DNA of 64,000 bases from the IMG/VR virus record IMGVR_UViG_3300044615_001997; one strand, 5' to 3'. Positions 8,128 to 15,091 of this stretch are shown here, piece after piece (position 1 is the first letter of the stretch; every line of letters begins with the position of its first letter). The stretch is from a virus. Both the position numbers and the translations under genes were made by a program. The notes beneath the pieces were generated by a model. The model worked only from the letters and a program-made list of their open reading frames with translations. It did not search any database and was not told the origin of the DNA.

Positions 8128-9135
8128 TTACTTCTCTGTTTCTTTTTGTTGCCGAGCGTAAATCTCTTTTTCTACCGGAGACATTCCTGTAACCATAGGT
8201 TTATCTAATTTAACAAAAGATAATTTTTTAGGTCTTTCTACTTCTTCTTCTTTTATTGCTTCAGTCGCAGGTAAAGGTTTTTCTTCTGTTATAGCCTCAG
8301 TCTTTTTTTCTTTTACCGGTGTAGGAGGATCCTCATGAAAATAGTCTTTCTCTCTCAACTTAGTTTCACGATCTTTATGCGTTCTTTTTTTTAGATCTCG
8401 GAGCTCTACCAGCTGATTTAGGGCCAATACTAGAGCTACAGCTAAAGGGTCGAACACAAATACTAAAGAAAGAATAAAATATTTAACTGCAGTGTCTACA
8501 TCTGTACCTATCGCATCAGCGATGAACTGGAAAGAACCTATATCTGTTTTGGTATTTAATTCTTTAGCAATTTCTGCTTTTTTAAACTCTAATGCAGATA
8601 ATTGAGTTCTTAGCTCTACCTGGCGAGATTCTTTTACCTGCATCTCCTGATTAGCTGTTTCTATGGCCTTATACGCCTGCTCACGAGGAGCTTTGTAGTT
8701 GCCTGCAGCATTGACCCTAGCTTCCTGCTCTTTACGTAATTCCTGAAGAGAAACAATACGCTCCTGATTCGCAGTCAACTCATCGTTAACACCTTTTTGC
8801 TGCAATTCTAGAGAATTAAGATCTGTTTGATAGACTGCTACTTTGCCTTTATGTATTTGATAGGCATTTGTTAAAAAACCAAATATACCTAGAGAAGTTA
8901 TAAACATCAAAATGCCCACAGCCACAGTTAGGTAAGTCTTTAGAAAGAAGCTGCTGGTTTTCCAGTTTCTGTGCAGAAAGCTGGCGGCGACTAACTTACC
9001 CACTTCAAGAGCGGAAGCCATGATAGCCACAGAGATCGCGCTACCTGCGAACAAGATCATTAATCCCTTAACAGAGAAAAAAGCTGCGCAGGCAGCAATA
9101 AAGAAAGCAGACGCTGCTACAATAAATATAAACAT
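8128..9135 (-). CDS. membrane protein with central coiled coil
   Basis: Three N-terminal TM helices, ITSLGIFGFL, coiled coil, LVFVFDPLAVAL helix. Confidence 0.75.
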   Translation of the reverse strand: MFIFIVAASAFFIAACAAFFSVKGLMILFAGSAISVAIMASALEVGKLVAASFLHRNWKTSSFFLKTYLTVAVGILMFITSLGIFGFLTNAYQIHKGKVAVYQTDLNSLELQQKGVNDELTANQERIVSLQELRKEQEARVNAAGNYKAPREQAYKAIETANQEMQVKESRQVELRTQLSALEFKKAEIAKELNTKTDIGSFQFIADAIGTDVDTAVKYFILSLVFVFDPLAVALVLALNQLVELRDLKKRTHKDRETKLREKDYFHEDPPTPVKEKKTEAITEEKPLPATEAIKEEEVERPKKLSFVKLDKPMVTGMSPVEKEIYARQQKETEK

Positions 9136-9175
9136 AGATAGTCATTATAACTCAATTTTAAAGTTTGTGGCTAGT

Positions 9176-9208
9176 AATAAAATGGGCTAGCCCTTTCGAG
9201 CTAGCCCA
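9176..9208 (-). terminator. hairpin terminator
   Basis: TGGGCTAGC..GCTAGCCCA inverted repeat, T-rich tail on minus strand. Confidence 0.65.
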
Positions 9209-9233
9209 AGTTTTATCAATCAACAATTAACAA

Positions 9234-9437
9234 CTAAACTAGATGAAATGTAAGCTCATCATCTAAAATACTTAACTGAATAGGACAACTAAAACAATTT
9301 CTTACGTCTTGTACTGCCTCTTGTGGGCAATCTACAACATGTAAATTTTCTACTGAAATATCTTTTTTAATAATTACTTCTGTTAAAAGGTCGCTATAAG
9401 ATTTATCTGTGGGCTTGAAATAGGTTTTTGTGATCAT
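9234..9437 (-). CDS. hypothetical protein
   Basis: Probable ATG 9437 downstream of guaC. Confidence 0.5.
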   Translation of the reverse strand: MITKTYFKPTDKSYSDLLTEVIIKKDISVENLHVVDCPQEAVQDVRNCFSCPIQLSILDDELTFHLV

Positions 9438-9456
9438 AACGTTTCTCCAATATAGC

Positions 9457-10425
9457 TCAAAAAGTTGACCATGCAACTTCTTTGAATGCGGTTAAATTTT
9501 CACCACCAGCATAGCTGATTGCAGATGTTAAGTCTTGCTTAATTTCTAACATTTTTTCTTCGTAACGCATCCCGTTCATAGGTAATGAGATAGTTTTTCC
9601 TTCAATGTTTTTATTATTTCCATTCATTCGGCTAGCAGACCCAAAATACAATTTTTTAGTTGGATCGGTTGGATCGACTAGCGCAGGTGAGTCAAGACAT
9701 TGAGCAAATGCACTACCTATCATAACCATATCCGCTCCGGCAACTAACGCCTTAGCAATATCTCCGTTGTTTGATACACCGCCATCAGCAATAATGAAAG
9801 GCTTTTTTTCTAGGTCTTCTCTAGCTACGGCAATCTCGTTTAATGTACTGAACATAGGAGAAAGAAAACCTGTTTTATTGTAGGTGATACAGGATCTTCC
9901 TGGACCAATACCGACTTTTACAGCGTCTACGAATGGAGCCATTCTAACAAGGGCGCTGGTTGTTGCAATATTTCCACCAACAATAAACATATTAGGAAAA
10001 TGCTTAGTTTTTATCTCATGCAAATGTTTAAGCATAGATATTGTTTCACCGTGGTCTCCATGAGCAACATCTACCGTGATGTAGTGAATGCTGATTCCTT
10101 GCACCATCATTGCCTGTTGAATTAAGTCGTAGTCTCTATCTTTAATCCCTACAGAAATAGATATAGGAAAATTTAGATATTTAGATTTATTCAACCATTC
10201 TAAAATTTCTACATAATCATAGAATCTATGCAAAATATAAAAATAACCTGAGCGTCCCAAGTATTCTGCTTTTTCAAAGTCTATAGTTGAAGCCATGTTC
10301 GATGGAGTAACTGGTAACTTAAATGTAAAGTCACCAAATTTAATCGAAGTATCGGCGTCATCTCTAGAGACTAATGTAGAATAATTGGGTATAAGATGTA
10401 TGTCTTTGTAACTGAGCGATTTCAT
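9457..10425 (-). CDS. guaC: GMP reductase
   Basis: VDVAHG, KVGIGPGRSCIT catalytic Cys loop, IIADGG, YFGSAS; no CBS domains. Confidence 0.88.
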   Translation of the reverse strand: MKSLSYKDIHLIPNYSTLVSRDDADTSIKFGDFTFKLPVTPSNMASTIDFEKAEYLGRSGYFYILHRFYDYVEILEWLNKSKYLNFPISISVGIKDRDYDLIQQAMMVQGISIHYITVDVAHGDHGETISMLKHLHEIKTKHFPNMFIVGGNIATTSALVRMAPFVDAVKVGIGPGRSCITYNKTGFLSPMFSTLNEIAVAREDLEKKPFIIADGGVSNNGDIAKALVAGADMVMIGSAFAQCLDSPALVDPTDPTKKLYFGSASRMNGNNKNIEGKTISLPMNGMRYEEKMLEIKQDLTSAISYAGGENLTAFKEVAWSTF

Positions 10426-10434
10426 TGTGTGTTG

Positions 10435-10551
10435 TTAATAAACAAAAAGATATTTATTTGCTTTTTCTGTGTTTCCCATTGACTTAGTGCTGTAGCAGCC
10501 AGACATAAAAGCTAAAGCTGCGCTAGCTAAAATTAAAATAATAAGTTTCAT
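10435..10551 (-). CDS. small lipoprotein (38 aa)
   Basis: MKLIILILASAALAFMSG-C lipobox-like signal. Confidence 0.55.
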   Translation of the reverse strand: MKLIILILASAALAFMSGCYSTKSMGNTEKANKYLFVY

Positions 10552-10566
10552 ATGTATGTGAATAAC

Positions 10567-10638
10567 CTGACACACTTGGATTCGAACCAAGAACCGATCG
10601 GTTAACAGCCGATTGCTCTACCGTTGAGCTATGTGTCA
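10567..10638 (-). tRNA. tRNA-Asn(GTT)
   Basis: TGACACA acceptor stem, loop CTGTTAA, GGTTCGAATCC. Confidence 0.9.
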
Positions 10639-10647
10639 AAAATAATA

Positions 10648-11055
10648 TTAAAGTTTAATTTTAATATTGAGGTAGTGTGCGTTGTCTTCAGGTGACCAGC
10701 TACGGAAAGCGAAAATATTATCTAGTGACCAATCGCTTTTATTAGCTGAATATGAGATATCTCCTTTACTGCAAGCCGAATTAGCACAACTAGAGTTAGT
10801 TGAGCTGTCTTCTTTTTTGTAGACGTCTTGTTCGAGTTTAAGCAGTCTATCAAACACAGCAGACAATGACGGCATAGAAACTTTGCAACAGTCATCAGTC
10901 GCACAACAAGCTTCTGTCTTTGTAATTTTTTCTCTGTTAGCTTTACGCAATGCTTCTTTAGCTTCTTTAATATTTTTAAATCCGGCTTGTTTTACAGCAC
11001 GGGATACGGCTTTTTGTTGCTTGGCTTTTGTTTTTATTGTTGTATTTTTAGTCAT
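10648..11055 (-). CDS. basic, Cys-containing hypothetical protein
   Basis: Lys/Ala-rich N-terminus, CCATDDCC. Confidence 0.55.
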   Translation of the reverse strand: MTKNTTIKTKAKQQKAVSRAVKQAGFKNIKEAKEALRKANREKITKTEACCATDDCCKVSMPSLSAVFDRLLKLEQDVYKKEDSSTNSSCANSACSKGDISYSANKSDWSLDNIFAFRSWSPEDNAHYLNIKIKL

Positions 11056-11079
11056 ATTATTATTTATATTTAAGTTAAA

Positions 11080-11247
11080 TTATTCTTCTACAGCGGCTCG
11101 AAACTCTTTGAGTAAAGCATCAAGACGCTCAAGTGCACCGCTTTCTGGAGAGGAAATTGTTATCGGCCAATCGGCGGTCTCCCCGGTGTTGGTACGGATA
11201 AAGTCGTGCAGTTTAATTCCTGCATGTATCGCTTTGTCTTTGTTCAT
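11080..11247 (-). CDS. hypothetical protein
   Basis: Probable ATG 11247 (MNKDKA). Confidence 0.5.
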   Translation of the reverse strand: MNKDKAIHAGIKLHDFIRTNTGETADWPITISSPESGALERLDALLKEFRAAVEE

Positions 11248-11476
11248 GCTCCCAAGCTCCGCACCAATCACTTTCAGAAGTAATGGGATGCCCTGAATAT
11301 GTTTTCTCGTCTTGAACTAGCATAGCTGGAGGATTCTTTTTGCATTTACCAAAATGTGGCAATCCAGTATTAGGTTCGTTTTCTTTTAATTCAAACCAAT
11401 AACGGCAATTAAGGCAATTTTCACCTTCTGTGCTTTTTGGCAATTCTACGTCTTTGTCTTTGATTTCTGTGCTCAT
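11213..11476 (-). CDS. small four-Cys metal-binding phage protein
   Basis: CLNCRYW...GKCKKNPP...DWCGAW. Confidence 0.65.
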   Translation of the reverse strand: MSTEIKDKDVELPKSTEGENCLNCRYWFELKENEPNTGLPHFGKCKKNPPAMLVQDEKTYSGHPITSESDWCGAWEHEQRQSDTCRN

Positions 11477-11656
11477 AAATTTTATTCTTCGTAATACTCT
11501 AAATACTCGTCGTAATCGTCTTTGTCAATATTTTGTAGTGATTTAATTTTTTTAAGAGCTTTTTTATTTTGTTTATCTTCTTTAATAGCTCGCTCTTTTT
11601 TTAACTTATTAGGTTTACCTTCGTTCTGTTTCATAATATTGTCAAATTTTTTTTTG

Positions 11657-11729
11657 GTTGCTCGAAGGGGATCGAACCCTCACCGACAGAATCACAACCT
11701 GTAATGCTAACCTTTACACCACGAGCAAC
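11657..11729 (-). tRNA. tRNA-His(GTG) with encoded G-1
   Basis: G-1 pairs with C73, loop TTGTGAT, GGTTCGATCC. Confidence 0.88.
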
Positions 11730-11734
11730 ATTAA

Positions 11735-13711
11735 TTATTTAATAGGACAAGCCCCTCCCTCGCATTCTAGTCCTTCTAGAGCATCATTGCCGATATTTGA
11801 TTCAATATTTTTAAGTGGCTTTACTTTGGCTTTGAGCTTTTCGTATTGCTCCTGGTTTATCTCTTCATATGGCGCTTGCTTAAATCCATGATTTTGTCTC
11901 AAAAGAAAGCTGACAGATTTAATATTATTTTTATAGTTGTCTTTTAGCCAACCTTTTAATTCAGGTAACTCAGCTTCAGTATAATAAGCGGTAACACTAA
12001 CGGCATTATCTGACCAAATTTCTTGAAGGCGTTTAACCATCTCGAGTTGTTTGATAACTCCCATATCATCAGCATAGAGAGAGCCTTCTGGAGTTTCGCA
12101 AGGAAACTCTACAACTACCGTATCGTGGTTTTCTGAGCCGTCGAAATTAACAGCATATTCAACATGGTAGCCCAATTCTCTACAATATTTTGCAAGCTGA
12201 TCATTGCTAGCCATACGCACACGACGAATATAATATTTAGAATAAGCTGGGTGTACTCCTGGAGTAGATCCTGCTAATAGACTCAGTGTTCCACTGGGTT
12301 TAATCGTTGTTAACTTGATACTGCGGCTCCAACCACGCTGCTTACTCCAATCTTTATCAAACTTACGTAATTCTTTGTAGCAAGTATCCAACCATTCGAT
12401 TTTATCGATAGATTGACACACTCCAGTAACGCCAAGGCCCAGGCGCATATTTTTATGTACAACTTTATTTGTTTCCTCGTGAATAAATGGAAGAGCTGCG
12501 ATAGCTTTTTGAGTTTTATAAAGAAGTTTAGCACAGTCTACTAATTCTTCTTTAGATGTGATGTTGTTCAAATAGAGCTCTGATAGATTGCAACATTCGT
12601 ATGAGGCCAAGCTAATTTCTCCACAAGGGTTAGTTCCACATACGTTATCTTCATCTGTTGGGTATAGGCTAGAATCTTCCATAGGCCCGTCAGAAATTCT
12701 ACCGTATTTTTGTGACAAGGGTAGGTTAAAGAATCCATATGGTTCGCCTTTAGCAAAGCCTGTTTTATTGTCTACTAAATAACCATTATTCCAAATTTCT
12801 TCAGAGATATGGCTGTAGTCGTCAGCATAAATGGTGTTGTTGCTCATGGCTCTCCAGTTGGGAATATTTCCCAAAGACCAATTTTTAGCTCTCAGGAAAA
12901 GGTAGTCGTCAGGATCTCCCAGGGCTATTTGAGCAGAACGGCGTACGTTACCGGAAACCACGATAGCTCCGATGATGTTGCAAATGTCTAGGACGTCTAT
13001 GGAACGCAGTTTTTTGCCTTCACGTGATTGCATGATTTTAACGATTTTGTCAATACCGTCGATTAATATTTGAGGTCCGCTAGCTAACCCACCAAAACCG
13101 CTAATTTTTTCACCTGCTCCACGAACTAGAATAGTTGAATAATTAAAAGATTTTCCTGTAACGTAAAAAGCATTAAGAGTATTTTCTAAAAGCTTGATCC
13201 ATCCCTCACGGCTATCAGGAACTATAAAATCTGCATCTTTGGTTGATTGATGTACTACGTTTACATTCTTTTTAACTTTGGGAAGTTCATGAATATCTTC
13301 ACGGCGAATAGAGAAACCTACTCCACCTCCCAACATTAAATTTTCAAAAAGGAAAAGAAAAGCTTTTGGCTCGTTTATAGAAACATTCCAGCAGTTCAAT
13401 AGAGAGTTGGCTCCGAACCGATCCACTGTACTTGTTCCAAGTTGCCAGAGCATGCGTCCTGCAAAATTGCACTTGAGATTAAATATGAGATCGAAAAGTC
13501 TTTCTGCTTCTTCCCTGGTGTATTCAGCTCCCAGCTTTTGGGCACCGTTGATACAACGTTGTATGGTTTCGTACCATTCTTCTTTTTGTCCATTATCTTT
13601 GACACGGGCGTAAGTTCTTTTATAGACAATATACCCGAGACCGTTAAAGCCCCAAGCAGGTTTTTTGTCTTGATACTGTTTTGCAAATTCATTGGTGATA
13701 ATTGTTGTCAT
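11735..13711 (-). CDS. nrdJ: class II (adenosylcobalamin-dependent) ribonucleotide reductase, monomeric RTPR type
   Basis: SLLNC, GNVRRSA, TNPCGEI, TTIKPSGT, C-terminal CEGGACPIK; likely ATG 13711. Confidence 0.92.
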   Translation of the reverse strand: MTTIITNEFAKQYQDKKPAWGFNGLGYIVYKRTYARVKDNGQKEEWYETIQRCINGAQKLGAEYTREEAERLFDLIFNLKCNFAGRMLWQLGTSTVDRFGANSLLNCWNVSINEPKAFLFLFENLMLGGGVGFSIRREDIHELPKVKKNVNVVHQSTKDADFIVPDSREGWIKLLENTLNAFYVTGKSFNYSTILVRGAGEKISGFGGLASGPQILIDGIDKIVKIMQSREGKKLRSIDVLDICNIIGAIVVSGNVRRSAQIALGDPDDYLFLRAKNWSLGNIPNWRAMSNNTIYADDYSHISEEIWNNGYLVDNKTGFAKGEPYGFFNLPLSQKYGRISDGPMEDSSLYPTDEDNVCGTNPCGEISLASYECCNLSELYLNNITSKEELVDCAKLLYKTQKAIAALPFIHEETNKVVHKNMRLGLGVTGVCQSIDKIEWLDTCYKELRKFDKDWSKQRGWSRSIKLTTIKPSGTLSLLAGSTPGVHPAYSKYYIRRVRMASNDQLAKYCRELGYHVEYAVNFDGSENHDTVVVEFPCETPEGSLYADDMGVIKQLEMVKRLQEIWSDNAVSVTAYYTEAELPELKGWLKDNYKNNIKSVSFLLRQNHGFKQAPYEEINQEQYEKLKAKVKPLKNIESNIGNDALEGLECEGGACPIK

Positions 13712-14156
13712 ATTGTTTGTAGTATTCTTGTGCATTAAATGTTAAGTGTTCCATAGATATACCATACACTCGAGCGATGTCAAACGATAAGGTATCTCTA
13801 TCGTAAATTTTTGGATAAACTATTCTACTTATTCCAAAAGCTCCGATTGTTTTGATACACTCTGAGCATGGTGAAAGAGTTACATATAGTGTTTTTGCCT
13901 CTCCTGGCTTTATATACCGTAAGCAGTTTAGCTCGGCATGACAAACGTATTTTCTTCGTTCGTCTCTATCGCTCCACGAAATTTCTACGTTGGGAGGAGC
14001 GCCGTTATATCCAGTGGCAGCTATACTATGGTCTTCTCGGAAAGCTGCAGCTCCGACTTTTATAAAAGGATCTTGTGAACGCAATGAGGCAGCATAAGCC
14101 ATCGACATTCCATACAGATCCCATGTAGGACGTGTGAATGTTTCTTTGTGAAGCAT
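13689..14156 (-). CDS. dCMP deaminase
   Basis: RSQDP, TGYNG, HAELN, LSPCSEC zinc-deaminase motifs. Confidence 0.9.
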   Translation of the reverse strand: MLHKETFTRPTWDLYGMSMAYAASLRSQDPFIKVGAAAFREDHSIAATGYNGAPPNVEISWSDRDERRKYVCHAELNCLRYIKPGEAKTLYVTLSPCSECIKTIGAFGISRIVYPKIYDRDTLSFDIARVYGISMEHLTFNAQEYYKQYDNNYHQ

Positions 14157-14159
14157 TCC

Positions 14160-14348
14160 CTAAGTTAGCACATCAAAGGTATGTTTGCACAAGTTTTTTA
14201 AGAGATTCTCGATGTCTTCGTCCTCGATTTTTTCAAAGTGGAAAAACCTCAGTTTTCCGTTATCTACATAGGCTTTGAGCGGAGCATAATTATCATAAAT
14301 TATACTTATTTCTTCAGACTCAGGATCGTAGTTAAATTCAAACGTCAT
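14160..14348 (-). CDS. hypothetical protein
   Basis: First gene of leftward operon. Confidence 0.55.
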   Translation of the reverse strand: MTFEFNYDPESEEISIIYDNYAPLKAYVDNGKLRFFHFEKIEDEDIENLLKNLCKHTFDVLT

Positions 14349-14393
14349 ATTTTATTGTTTGTTATTTGTCACTTATCTAATATATTAATGTAT

Positions 14394-15086
14394 ATGAATA
14401 ATTTGTCAAAGCAAGAAAAGGTTTCAAAAATTCGTGAGTATTTTAACAATATTAGACTTGACGCTTCTGTGATGGGTAAAACAATAGGTACCCCTACGAA
14501 CAGGTTAACTCCTCTCATAATGTTTCAAAGCACAGGAAAACTTTTAAAAATTTACAGTCGTGAAATGCCCCAAGACGATAGAGATAATTTGTCTTTTTCA
14601 AAATTTTTAGGAGCCGAAGATTATGTGAAAGAACATATCGAATACGATGCCGGTAAGTTGCAATTAAAAGCCAAAAATAAGCTTCGTCAAAAGCGAAATC
14701 TTTCTTGGCTACACTCAGGCTTTTTCACGCCGCAAGTTAAGTCTGTATTTGTAGGTAATGCCCTAAGCCAAAACATCGAAGGGGTTAATCCTGTAGAGCA
14801 ATACATGCTAGCCCATAAAGTTACAAAAATGGGTGAGGGAGGAATAGGTAGTACTGTTGGAATTCCTGACAGCTCTCGTGGAGTTAATGAATCTCAATTT
14901 GGATTAATGGATCCTATTCAGACTGTAGAATCTGAAGCTATTGGAGTGGTTAACTTTTTTGTTAAAAATACTCGTAAGGGTGAAGATGGAAAACTTTATC
15001 GCCTAGTAGAAACACCAGAAGGTAAAGAAGTTTGGATTGACCATCAAGAATTTCTTAACTCAGTTATTGAAGTTCCTGAAAATTAA
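14394..15086 (+). CDS. rpoB: RNA polymerase beta subunit, middle (rifampicin/fork) fragment
   Basis: LSQNIEGVNPV...KMGEGG...SRGVNESQFGLMDPIQTVESEAIG aligns to RpoB LSQFMDQNNPL...ALGPGG...[24 protein letters not shown]; likely ATG 14394. Confidence 0.88.
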   Translation: MNNLSKQEKVSKIREYFNNIRLDASVMGKTIGTPTNRLTPLIMFQSTGKLLKIYSREMPQDDRDNLSFSKFLGAEDYVKEHIEYDAGKLQLKAKNKLRQKRNLSWLHSGFFTPQVKSVFVGNALSQNIEGVNPVEQYMLAHKVTKMGEGGIGSTVGIPDSSRGVNESQFGLMDPIQTVESEAIGVVNFFVKNTRKGEDGKLYRLVETPEGKEVWIDHQEFLNSVIEVPEN

Positions 15087-15091
15087 TGGTT

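Noticed and set aside
9457-10425. IMP dehydrogenase
   Set aside because: Short, lacks CBS domains, and YFGSAS/NIEGK fit GMP reductase better
11735-13711. Intein or intron in nrdJ or the RNAP genes
   Set aside because: Motif spacing is continuous with no intein ends or embedded endonuclease; the RNAP fragments are separated by ordinary genes rather than introns
14238-14393. Track start of the beta-fragment ORF at 14238
   Set aside because: Overlaps an opposite-strand gene; ATG 14394 after a -10 box is more plausible
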